In this document: positions 20,086 to 28,617 of the stretch, piece by piece | Layout: each line of letters starts with the position of its first letter | Numbering within the stretch: the first letter of the stretch is position 1 | NCBI GenBank assembly: GCA_963743425.1 | Contig: CAVUPU010000004.1 | Location: 334,910-398,909 of the forward strand | Length of the DNA: 64,000 nt | DNA from: an uncultured Acidobacteriota bacterium | GTDB taxonomy: Bacteria > Acidobacteriota > Blastocatellia > RBC074 | Direction of reading: 5' to 3' | The notes under the pieces: model-generated | Databases searched by the model: none | Told to the model about the DNA's origin: nothing | Seen by the model: only the letters and a program-made list of their open reading frames with translations | Translations under genes and position numbers: made by a program

Positions 20086-21504
20086 TTGCAGGATCCGTTC
20101 ATCTCCGATTGGGATGGATTCGACTACGCGGTCCACGTCGTGCAGCATGAGCCATCGACTCTGGGGCTGGGCCGCGCGCTCTTCCTCGCCTACAACTCGG
20201 TTTTGTGGGAGGTGGCTCATCATTGGTTCGGTCTGGCGCCCGAAAAGGCGTATCTGGCGCTCCGCTACGGCGTGATCGCGCAAGCCGGCCTGTGCGTAAT
20301 CGGCGTGTACGCGTTGTGCAAGGAGTTGACGGCGAGCAGGCTTGCGGCGTTCTTCGGCGCGCTGATCGTGTCGTTGTCGCCTTATTACATCATCTACAGC
20401 GGCCGCGGGATGAGCGAGATTCCGGGCTTGCTGGCGCTCAGCTGGTCGCTGTGGTGGATGGCGCGAAGTTTGCGAACCGGCAAGACCGGGCAATTTCTGA
20501 TGGCTGCCGCTCTGGTGGGGTTGAGCGCGAACATTCGTGAGTTCGCGGTCTTCTATCTTCCGTTCATCCCGATCGCGGCGCGAATCTACAGAGGGCGTTG
20601 GAGGGCCGGATGCGTCGCTTTCATCCTCGCCGGCGCCTGCGCGTTCGCAGGGATGATCTTCTGGAAGCATTACGACGACATTTATTGGACCGAGGTCGTC
20701 AAATGGTATCGGCTGAGCGCAGCCGAGCGGAGAATCCATCCTGTAACGAGCGCCAATCTGCAGTTCCTCGCCGGCTACGCATTCAATTGCTCGGTCATTA
20801 TCACGACACTCACGCCGCTCGCCCTCGTCTGGTTGTGGTCGAAGCCGCGTCTGCGCGCGTTGCTGGCGCTCGGCCTCGTCGGACTCGCCGCAAACCTGGC
20901 GCTCCTGGCCAATCATGATCTGGCGGTCAATCCGCGATACCTCCTGACCGGCTTGATCGGACTCGCCGCCGCCTGCGGATGGTGTCTGGCCGAGTTGATC
21001 AGACGATACCGCGTGCGGGCGGCGCCTCTGCTGCTGGGCATGATTCTTTTGACCAAAGGCTCATACAATCACATGGCCAAAGAGCTTTACGACCAGCAGT
21101 GGGCGGCGAGGGCCGCGCGCGAGTACGTCGCAAAGATCGCGGACCTCCCCTGGAATTCCGCGTTCATCGTCGGCTCGCGCACGCCGTTGATCGGTTTTCT
21201 GTCGGGCGTCGAGGCGCGGCCTTTTTGGCTGACGATTATTCCCGGAGCGCCCTGGCCCGACGACAGGCTCGACGAGGCGATACAGGATTTCTTCTACGCG
21301 GGCCGCAAAGTTTACGTGGACTTCAATCCGGAGCTTTGGCAAAGTGGCGCTCGCGAAAAAAGCCGCGAATCCGCAGGACTGGAGATGATCAGACGCGAAT
21401 ACAGGCTCGAACACATTCGCGATTCCTTTTACAGAATTCTGGGACGCAATGCGGAGGCGCCGCAAGAGCCGAAAACGGAGAAACCCGGATTGCCTCGTAA
21501 GTGA
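20086..21504 (+). CDS. polytopic membrane protein (DUF2723 / PMT-like putative glycosyltransferase family)
   Basis: 472 aa with about 10 TM helices and a conserved WDGFDY motif near the N-terminus. TTG start. The family assignment is tentative. Confidence 0.45.
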   Translation: MQDPFISDWDGFDYAVHVVQHEPSTLGLGRALFLAYNSVLWEVAHHWFGLAPEKAYLALRYGVIAQAGLCVIGVYALCKELTASRLAAFFGALIVSLSPYYIIYSGRGMSEIPGLLALSWSLWWMARSLRTGKTGQFLMAAALVGLSANIREFAVFYLPFIPIAARIYRGRWRAGCVAFILAGACAFAGMIFWKHYDDIYWTEVVKWYRLSAAERRIHPVTSANLQFLAGYAFNCSVIITTLTPLALVWLWSKPRLRALLALGLVGLAANLALLANHDLAVNPRYLLTGLIGLAAACGWCLAELIRRYRVRAAPLLLGMILLTKGSYNHMAKELYDQQWAARAAREYVAKIADLPWNSAFIVGSRTPLIGFLSGVEARPFWLTIIPGAPWPDDRLDEAIQDFFYAGRKVYVDFNPELWQSGAREKSRESAGLEMIRREYRLEHIRDSFYRILGRNAEAPQEPKTEKPGLPRK

Positions 21505-21827
21505 AGAAGCCGAAAGAGAGAAAAGCGCCGTTCACCGTCTCAGCCTTCTGTTTTATACTTCGGTTTATGAAGACGCTGTCGCCGGATACATCGCCAGAAG
21601 TCGAACGGATCCTGATCGAGGGCTATCGCAAGATGCCTGCATGGAGAAAACTACAGCAGGTGGGAGAATTGACTCAGCTTGTTTGTCAATTAGCCATAAA
21701 CGACATTCGCCGGCGTTATCCTAGGGCGAATGAACGTGAGGTGAAATTACGCTTGGCTTCACGATGGCTCGAACCTGAGTTGATGCGCAAGGCTTTTAGC
21801 TGGGATCCGGAGAAGGAGGGCTATTGA
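21501..21827 (+). CDS. small hypothetical helical protein (likely start MKTLSPD at 21567)
   Basis: 85-108 aa with no recognised family. Its stop lies 1 nt before the start of the next gene. Confidence 0.35.
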   Translation: MKKPKERKAPFTVSAFCFILRFMKTLSPDTSPEVERILIEGYRKMPAWRKLQQVGELTQLVCQLAINDIRRRYPRANEREVKLRLASRWLEPELMRKAFSWDPEKEGY

Positions 21828-21828
21828 A

Positions 21829-22410
21829 GTGTCAGATGCTGTTATGGTCGCTCAAACAATAGCCCAAACGCTGGAGAGACTCGGTATCGTTTATTGGATA
21901 GGCGGTTCAATGGCGAGTTCCATATACGGCACGCCACGCTCGACACAGGATGTAGATTTTGTGGCGGAGTTGGATGAAGGGCAGATCAACACTTTGGTCG
22001 CTGCGCTGGAAGCCGAGTTCTACATTGATAGTGAGGTTGTGCGCCGCGCTGTACGCTCCCGCCGCTCTTTCAACGTGATTCATCTGGACACGATGTACAA
22101 GGCTGACATCTTTGTGTTGGGCACAGATCGTCATGCGCAGGAGGAAAAACGACGGCGCAGAATCGAGCCTTTGGGGCCGGGGCCGGATGCGCCCGCCGCT
22201 TACTTTTGCAGCGCTGAAGACATCGTGTTGCAGAAATTGCTCTGGTTTCGTAAAGGCGCCGGCGTTTCTGAAAGACAATGGAACGATCTTTTAGCCGTAC
22301 TGAAAATACAAGCCAATGCTCTCGATTACGATTACCTGAAGCGATGGGCTGCGGAACTAGGAGTCGCCGAGTTACTCGTTAGAGCCTTTGATGACGCCGG
22401 CATTGGGTGA
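21829..22410 (+). CDS. nucleotidyltransferase-fold protein (minimal NTase superfamily)
   Basis: VYWIGGSMASSIYGTPRSTQDVDFVAEL gives the GS...DxD nucleotidyltransferase signature. The protein is 193 aa. Confidence 0.5.
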   Translation: MSDAVMVAQTIAQTLERLGIVYWIGGSMASSIYGTPRSTQDVDFVAELDEGQINTLVAALEAEFYIDSEVVRRAVRSRRSFNVIHLDTMYKADIFVLGTDRHAQEEKRRRRIEPLGPGPDAPAAYFCSAEDIVLQKLLWFRKGAGVSERQWNDLLAVLKIQANALDYDYLKRWAAELGVAELLVRAFDDAGIG

Positions 22411-22489
22411 TTATTGTGGCGCTTGCCGCCCTCGATCCCATCAGATAGACTTCGCGCGCATCACTCGATAAAAAGGAGAGCCTACTTAC

Positions 22490-23080
22490 GTGAGCGTCAA
22501 ATCGGATCGCTGGATTTTGAATATGTGCCGAGAGAACGGAATGATTAAACCGTTCGAAACGAGACTCGTGCGCGAAGTCGAAGGGCGGCGCGTCATCTCG
22601 GCGGGATTATCGTCATATGGCTACGACCTGCGGCTCGCGCCGGACGGGTTTCGCGTCTTTTCGCCCATCGCCAGCGCCGAGATCGATCCGAAAAATTTCG
22701 ACGAGGACTCGCTCGTCGAAGCTCCTCTGCGCGTCGCCGAAGACGGCTCGCAATACTGGCTGTTGCCGCCCCATTCCTACGCGCTGGGCGTGACGGTCGA
22801 AACGTTCAACATGCCGCGCAATGTAATAGGCTTGTGTATGGGAAAATCGACTTTTGCGCGCTGTGGGTTGATCGTGAATGCGACCCCGCTCGAACCCGGC
22901 TGGAGGGGACGGCTCGTGCTCGAATTTTCGAACTCCGCTGACCTGCCGATACGCATCTACGCCAACGAAGGCATAGCGCAGGTGACCTTCTTCGAGTCCG
23001 ACGAAGACTGCGAAACCTCTTACGCCGACCGCGCGGGCAAGTATCAGGATCAGGTCGGCCTGGTCACGCCGCGCCTTTGA
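22490..23080 (+). CDS. dcd: dCTP deaminase
   Basis: 196 aa, GTG start. Motifs SSYGYDLRL, CMGKSTFARCGLIV and PGWRGRLVLE are present. Confidence 0.9.
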   Translation: MSVKSDRWILNMCRENGMIKPFETRLVREVEGRRVISAGLSSYGYDLRLAPDGFRVFSPIASAEIDPKNFDEDSLVEAPLRVAEDGSQYWLLPPHSYALGVTVETFNMPRNVIGLCMGKSTFARCGLIVNATPLEPGWRGRLVLEFSNSADLPIRIYANEGIAQVTFFESDEDCETSYADRAGKYQDQVGLVTPRL

Positions 23081-23083
23081 CCT

Positions 23084-24229
23084 ATGACCGGGACGGTTTT
23101 TTTACGTTTAAGGAGAAAGGCTCGCGCCATACATCGTCGTTATCGCGAGGCGCGGATGATCGCGGCTGCGCTGAAGTCTCCGCATCGCCCGATACTGGCT
23201 CAAATTATCCCTGTTCGCCGCTGCAATCTCTCCTGCGCCTATTGCAACGAATACGACAAGACATCAGAACCCGCGCCGGTTGAAGAGATGTCGCGTCGCA
23301 TAGATCTGCTCGCCGAGCTCGGAACACTGGCCATTACCTTCAGCGGAGGCGAGCCGCTGCTTCACCCCGAATTGGAAACCCTGGTCGAACGCATTCGCCG
23401 TCACAACATCATCGCCACGCTGATCACCAACGGCTACCTGCTCACCGCCGAGCGCGTGGAGCGGTTGAACCGGGCGGGACTCGATTACCTTCAGATCAGC
23501 ATCGACAACGTCGACCCGGACGATGTCTCGAAGAAAAGCCTCAAGGTCCTGGATCAGAAACTTCGTTTGTTGGCGGAGCGCGCGGAGTTCGACGTCACGA
23601 TCAATTCGGTGCTGGGCAGTTCGATACGCCGACCGGAGGATGCGCTGACTATCGCGCGCCGTGTGCGCGAACTCGGTTTCAAGGGCACGGTCGGCGTCAT
23701 TCATGACCATTCCGGGCAACTGCAGCCGCTCAGCGAGTCGCAACAGAGGATATATGACGAAATCTTGAATTCACGGCAAAAGTCCTTCTTCGCTTTCGAT
23801 TACTACAACCAGTTTCAGAAGAACCTGGTCCGGGGTTTGCCGAACCAGTGGCATTGTCGCGCGGGGGGGCGCTACCTCTACATTTGCGAAGACGGCCTTG
23901 TGCACTACTGTTCGCAGCAGCGCGGTTACCCGGCCATTCCGCTCGCCTCTTACACACGCGATGACCTCGAACGCGAATCCAAAGCCGTCAAATCGTGCGC
24001 GCCATATTGCTCAATCTCCTGCGTACATCAAGTAGCGGCCGTGGACGCTTTGCGAGAGAACCCGCGAGAGGCTCTGGCGCAATTCTTCCCTTCGCATGAA
24101 GGACAAAGCGCGCCCGCCAATCTACCACGCCCGATCAAAGTCCTGACCTGGTTCTTACTGCCCGCAAAACCGAATGGCAAGCGCCGCGCCTTTCAGAACG
24201 CGGCGTTGAGGCTTTTAAGAGTGAAGTGA
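23084..24229 (+). CDS. radical SAM protein with a SPASM/twitch-like Cys-rich C-terminus
   Basis: CNLSCAYC gives the CxxxCxxC cluster and FSGGEPLLHPEL follows. The C-terminus carries about 7 extra cysteines (WHCRAGG..YICEDG..HYCSQ...CAPYCSISC). It likely starts at MIAAALK (about 23158). The substrate is unknown. Confidence 0.7.
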   Translation: MTGTVFLRLRRKARAIHRRYREARMIAAALKSPHRPILAQIIPVRRCNLSCAYCNEYDKTSEPAPVEEMSRRIDLLAELGTLAITFSGGEPLLHPELETLVERIRRHNIIATLITNGYLLTAERVERLNRAGLDYLQISIDNVDPDDVSKKSLKVLDQKLRLLAERAEFDVTINSVLGSSIRRPEDALTIARRVRELGFKGTVGVIHDHSGQLQPLSESQQRIYDEILNSRQKSFFAFDYYNQFQKNLVRGLPNQWHCRAGGRYLYICEDGLVHYCSQQRGYPAIPLASYTRDDLERESKAVKSCAPYCSISCVHQVAAVDALRENPREALAQFFPSHEGQSAPANLPRPIKVLTWFLLPAKPNGKRRAFQNAALRLLRVK

Positions 24230-24250
24230 CAATTCATCACCGGGGGGCCT

Positions 24251-26683
24251 GTGATTATGATTACTCTGTCAATTCGCAGTTTTCTATGTCTCGGCGCCCT
24301 ACTATGCGTAGGCGCCAACCCGATAATCGCGGAAGCGGAAATTGATCTCACCCGCGCCGTGGTCGTCGCCCCGGCGGACTTTTCCGGCCCGGAAAACAAA
24401 GCTGTGCAGATGTTGATTGAAGAGGTCGAGAAGCGCACGCAACTGCGTTGGCCGCGCGTCACTCAATCGCCGAACGAGGGGACGCCTTTCATTTCGATAA
24501 ACCGCGCGGCGATCAAAGGTGGGAGCAAAGCCCCGCTCGCGCGCGAAGGTTATCAGATCAAAAACACAGGCAATACTGTCTCCGTCACCGGCAATGACGC
24601 GCGCGGCGTGCTCTTCGGCGTCGGGCGCCTTTTGCGCACGCTGCGAATGACGGAGCGCAAGATCACTCTGCCTGGCGACTTCGACCTCTCGACGACGCCG
24701 AAATATCCACTGCGCGGGCATCAACTCGGCTTTCGCCCGAAGACCAATTCCTATGACGGCTGGACGCTTTCGATGTGGGAGCAATACATCCGCGACCTGG
24801 CCGTCTTCGGCGCCAACGCGGTTGAGTTGATCCCGCCGCGTTCCGACGACGCCGCTGACAGTCCGCATTTTCCACTGCCGCAAATCGAAATGATGATCGG
24901 CATGTCGCGCATTTGCGATGAGTATGGGCTGGACGTGTGGATCTGGTATCCGGCGCTCGATAGGGATTACAGCGATCCCAAAACGGTTGAGTTCGCTCTG
25001 AACGAATGGGGCGAGGTTTTCAAAAAGCTGCCGCGTATTGACGCGATCCTGGCGCCCGGCGGCGATCCCGGTCATACCCAGCCGAAGTACCTCATGGCGA
25101 TGTTGGAAAAGCAGACTGAAAACCTGCGTCGCTATCACCCGAAAGCGGCGATGTGGGTCGCGCCGCAAGGCTTCAGTCAGGAGTGGATGGATGAGTTCCT
25201 CGGCATCGTCAAGACAGAGCCGAAGTGGCTCGCAGGCGTCGTCTACGGCCCGCAATGCCGACTGACGATGCCGAAGCTGCGCGAAGCGTTGCCGGCAAAG
25301 CTTCCTATTCGCCACTACCCCGACATCACGCACAGCCGCCACAGCCAGTTCGCAGTGCCCGATTGGGACACGGCCTATGCGTTGACCGAAGCGCGCGAAA
25401 TCATCAACCCGCGCCCCACACAGATGGCGACAGTCTTCCGGCTCTACCAACCTTACACTATCGGCTTTATCGCCTATTCCGAAGGCTGCAACGACGACGT
25501 GAACAAGGTTGTATGGAGCAGCCTGGGTTGGAACCCTGAGGCCGATGTCGTGGAAATCCTGCGCGAGTATAGCCGCTATTTCATCGGCGCAAATTACGCC
25601 GACAACTTTGCGCAAGGATTGCTCGCGCTCGAACGCAACTGGATCGGGCCGGTGTTGACCGACCGGAGCGTCAACACCACGCTGCAACAGTTTCAAAGTA
25701 TGGAACGACAAGCCGCGCCGAAGGATTTGGCCAACTGGCGTTTTCAGCAGGCGCTCTATCGCGCGTATTACGACGCCTACGTGCGCGCCCGTTTGCTCTA
25801 CGAAACCGCGTCGGAAGAGCAGGCGCTGGAAAAACTGCGCGACGCGCGACGCGCGGGAACGCTCGCCGCCATGAACGAAGCCGAAAAGATACTGGATCGC
25901 GCTGTGACCGAGCGCATCGCGCAGGACGTGCGGGCGCGCGTCTTCGAGTTGGGTGAAGCCTTGTTTCAAAGCATCCGCATGCAACTCAGCGTCGAAAAGT
26001 ATCAAGCCATCGCGGTCGGGCGCGGCGCGAATCTCAACACGATTGATTTCCCGCTCAACAACCGGATCTGGCTGAAACAGCAGTTCAGTGATGTTCGCAA
26101 GCCGATGTCGGAACGCGAACGCGTCGAGCGGCTGGATGAGATCATCAACCGGCAGAACCCCGGTCCCGGCGGTTTTTATGACGACCTGGGAAATCTGACG
26201 CGGCAACCGCATCTGGTTCGCGGCCCCGGATTTGAAAAAGATCCCTCCCTGCTCGAATCGAGCGCCGTCAGCATCGTCCAATTCGACAGCGCGATCGCGG
26301 CCAACAACGACTTCGCCTTAATCGGCATGGGCGCGCAACCGGCCGGGCCCATTTCCTGGTGGGATTTGGCCGAGACTTACTACGACACGCCGCTGCGGAT
26401 GCGTTATACGGGATTGGACAAGAGCGCGCATTACAAAATCCGCGTGGTTTATGTCGGCGATCGGCAGCGCGAAGTGCGGCTGATGGCGGATGACAAATTC
26501 GAAGTTCACCCGCTCATCAAAAAAGAGCCGCGCCCGCTCGAATTCGATATTCCGCCAGCGGCTACTTCTGACGGCGAATTGAATTTGAGCTGGTATCAGG
26601 CGCCTGGCAGCCGCGGCGCGGGGCGCGGCTGCCAGGTGGCGGAAGTGTGGTTGATCAAAAATGATCTGAAGCGTGCGCCTTAA
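24251..26683 (+). CDS. large secreted protein, putative TIM-barrel glycoside hydrolase (GH20b/GH67/GH115-like N-terminal architecture)
   Basis: 810 aa with a signal peptide. The family assignment is weak and pattern-level only. Confidence 0.4.
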   Translation: MIMITLSIRSFLCLGALLCVGANPIIAEAEIDLTRAVVVAPADFSGPENKAVQMLIEEVEKRTQLRWPRVTQSPNEGTPFISINRAAIKGGSKAPLAREGYQIKNTGNTVSVTGNDARGVLFGVGRLLRTLRMTERKITLPGDFDLSTTPKYPLRGHQLGFRPKTNSYDGWTLSMWEQYIRDLAVFGANAVELIPPRSDDAADSPHFPLPQIEMMIGMSRICDEYGLDVWIWYPALDRDYSDPKTVEFALNEWGEVFKKLPRIDAILAPGGDPGHTQPKYLMAMLEKQTENLRRYHPKAAMWVAPQGFSQEWMDEFLGIVKTEPKWLAGVVYGPQCRLTMPKLREALPAKLPIRHYPDITHSRHSQFAVPDWDTAYALTEAREIINPRPTQMATVFRLYQPYTIGFIAYSEGCNDDVNKVVWSSLGWNPEADVVEILREYSRYFIGANYADNFAQGLLALERNWIGPVLTDRSVNTTLQQFQSMERQAAPKDLANWRFQQALYRAYYDAYVRARLLYETASEEQALEKLRDARRAGTLAAMNEAEKILDRAVTERIAQDVRARVFELGEALFQSIRMQLSVEKYQAIAVGRGANLNTIDFPLNNRIWLKQQFSDVRKPMSERERVERLDEIINRQNPGPGGFYDDLGNLTRQPHLVRGPGFEKDPSLLESSAVSIVQFDSAIAANNDFALIGMGAQPAGPISWWDLAETYYDTPLRMRYTGLDKSAHYKIRVVYVGDRQREVRLMADDKFEVHPLIKKEPRPLEFDIPPAATSDGELNLSWYQAPGSRGAGRGCQVAEVWLIKNDLKRAP

Positions 26684-26753
26684 AAGGTTTGACAGGCGCC
26701 ATTTGACTGCCTAACATCCCATCGTCATTTAGGTTTTCCTTCAGAGGTTAGAC

Positions 26754-26990
26754 ATGCTTACTCACTACATTCACGCGGCAATGAATCAGGCGCGCTACAA
26801 AATCCTCGAAGACGGCTCCTACTTCGGGGAAATTCCCGACCTCGCAGGCATCTGGGCTAATGAATCGACGCTGGAAGACTGTCGCGCGACTTTGCAGGAA
26901 GTGCTCGAAGACTGGTTGATCCTCAAATTGAGAGATCATGATCCCATTCCGCAGGTCGGCAACATTGACCTCAATCTCAAAGCGGCCTAA
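26754..26990 (+). CDS. hicB: HicB family antitoxin
   Basis: 78 aa. KILEDGSYFGEIPDLAGIWANESTLEDCRATLQEVLEDWL matches the HicB/UPF0150 pattern. Confidence 0.75.
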   Translation: MLTHYIHAAMNQARYKILEDGSYFGEIPDLAGIWANESTLEDCRATLQEVLEDWLILKLRDHDPIPQVGNIDLNLKAA

Positions 26991-27209
26991 ACAATACCCA
27001 CGCCCATTACGCGCAAAGAGCTTATTCGCAAATTCCGCCGCCTCGGCTTTACTGGCCCGCTAGCCGGGAAGCGCCACCAGTTTATGCAACGAGGGCAATT
27101 GAAAGTGCGTATCCCCAACCCACATCGGAAAGCAGACATCGGCGAAGCTCTGCTCAAAGAGATTCTTCGTCAAGCCGGCATTAGCCCGGAAGATTGGGAC
27201 AAAGCCTGA
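26991..27209 (+). CDS. hicA: HicA family toxin (mRNA interferase), no canonical start codon
   Basis: An unannotated frame encodes PITRKELIRKFRRLGFTGPLAGKRHQFMQRGQLKVRIPNPHRKADIGEALLKEILRQAGISPEDW, which is a clear HicA. It lies in the same frame as hicB and begins immediately after its TAA. Only ATA (26994) or ATT (27006) are available as start codons. Confidence 0.6.
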   Translation, partial: TIPTPITRKELIRKFRRLGFTGPLAGKRHQFMQRGQLKVRIPNPHRKADIGEALLKEILRQAGISPEDWDKA

Positions 27210-27220
27210 AACCACTCAAA

Positions 27221-28036
27221 ATGAACGGAAGAGAACTCGTCAAAGCGTTGCGCGAAGGTCGCCGTGTCTACGGCACAATGATCGTTTCGACCTCGCCGCA
27301 TTGGCCCGCCGCTGTGAAAGGCGCCGGCGCGGATTTCGTCTTCATTGACACGGAGCACATCGCCATTGATCGCACGACGCTGTCGTGGATGTGCCAGACC
27401 TATCGCGCGCTCGGCCTCGCCCCGCTTGTGCGCATCCCTTCACCCGATCCCTATCAGGCCACTGTCGCGCTCGACAATGGCGCGAGCGGCGTCCTCGCGC
27501 CTTACGTTGAGACGCCGGAGCAGGCGCGGCGGCTGCGCGGCGCGGTCAAGTTGCGACCACTCAAAGGGAGAGTATTGGAAGAGGTGTTGAATGGAGAGCG
27601 CGAGCTGGATGCATCGGTCAATCAATACATCGCTGATCGTTGCGCCGAAAACGTGTTGCTCCTCAACATCGAAAGCGCGCCGGCGCTCACCCGCCTCGAT
27701 GAAATTCTCGCCGTGCCGGACATTGACGCGGTGCAGGTTGGCCCGCACGACCTCTCGTGCAGCCTGGGCGTGCCCGAACAATACGCGCATCCGCGGTTCG
27801 AAGAAGCCGTCCAAACGATCATCGCCAAAGCCAGAGCGCGCCACATCGGCGTGGGCGTGCATTATTGGCGCCTCATCGAGGACGAGCTGCGTTGGGTCAA
27901 GGCGGGCGCGAACCTGATCGTGCATTCGGGCGACATCGCGCTCTTTGCCGATGCGCTGCGCGCCGATCTCAAGCGGTTTCGCGAAGAGTGCGGCGATGGG
28001 ACGGCCGCGCTTGGGGAGAGAGAGTTGATCGTTTAA
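27221..28036 (+). CDS. HpcH/HpaI family aldolase (2-keto-3-deoxy-sugar-acid aldolase)
   Basis: Blocks TMIVSTSP, DFVFIDTEH, RIPSPD and IESAPAL...VGPHDLSCSLG. Confidence 0.8.
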   Translation: MNGRELVKALREGRRVYGTMIVSTSPHWPAAVKGAGADFVFIDTEHIAIDRTTLSWMCQTYRALGLAPLVRIPSPDPYQATVALDNGASGVLAPYVETPEQARRLRGAVKLRPLKGRVLEEVLNGERELDASVNQYIADRCAENVLLLNIESAPALTRLDEILAVPDIDAVQVGPHDLSCSLGVPEQYAHPRFEEAVQTIIAKARARHIGVGVHYWRLIEDELRWVKAGANLIVHSGDIALFADALRADLKRFREECGDGTAALGERELIV

Positions 28037-28120
28037 ATGATTAAGGAACGCAATAGGGCAAGAAAGACAAACGAACACAAAAGAAAGGCGTTGATCATCG
28101 TTTCGACCACTAACAGGAAC

Positions 28121-28196
28121 CACGGATTTTCACGGATGCGGCGGATCAACACGGATAATCCGTGAAAATCCGTAGCATCCGTGAAAATCCGCGGTT
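28121..28196. repeat. palindromic hairpin element, family G (CACGGATTTTCACGGATGC ... GCATCCGTGAAAATCCGCG, with internal CACGGATAATCCGTG)
   Basis: Read from the sequence. It sits at the left border of a lower-GC islet. Confidence 0.8.
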
Positions 28197-28617
28197 TCAA
28201 CATCTGTCTCGCTGGCCGAAACAATGATCGCAGCCAAAAGAAATTACAGCGAACTTTACTTGACCTGGTTACAGTCTTGACACGTGTAAAAATTGGTCAG
28301 AGTAGACTGGGCGAAAACTCTGGATTCCGGCTAGGTCAATTCTTCCACTGAAAAATCAAAGGCATGGCTGGATTTTTGAAAGCTGTTTTGAGGAAGGTTT
28401 TGGGACAACAGAAATTCTTCGCATTTTTCTGGCCGCTGCGCCCATCATCATGTAAAATACATTCCCCACATTTGCCCGCCGTCGCGTTTTCTTGAAGGAA
28501 TGTCCTCTGGAGCCTCTGAAGACGGGCATCTCACACGATCAAGCACAAAGTTTAGGAATATTCGATGAAATACGCATTCTGTTCGGCGTTCGCTCCGGAC
28601 GATGGAGACGATGCTCG

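Noticed and set aside
24302-26281. 659-aa minus-strand ORF, together with many other long antisense ORFs (e.g. 30939-32414 +, 38940-39953 -, 15599-16171 -, 424-930 -)
   Set aside because: They lie opposite well-supported genes, have Arg/Ala-rich low-complexity translations typical of GC-rich antisense frames, and have no recognisable domains.
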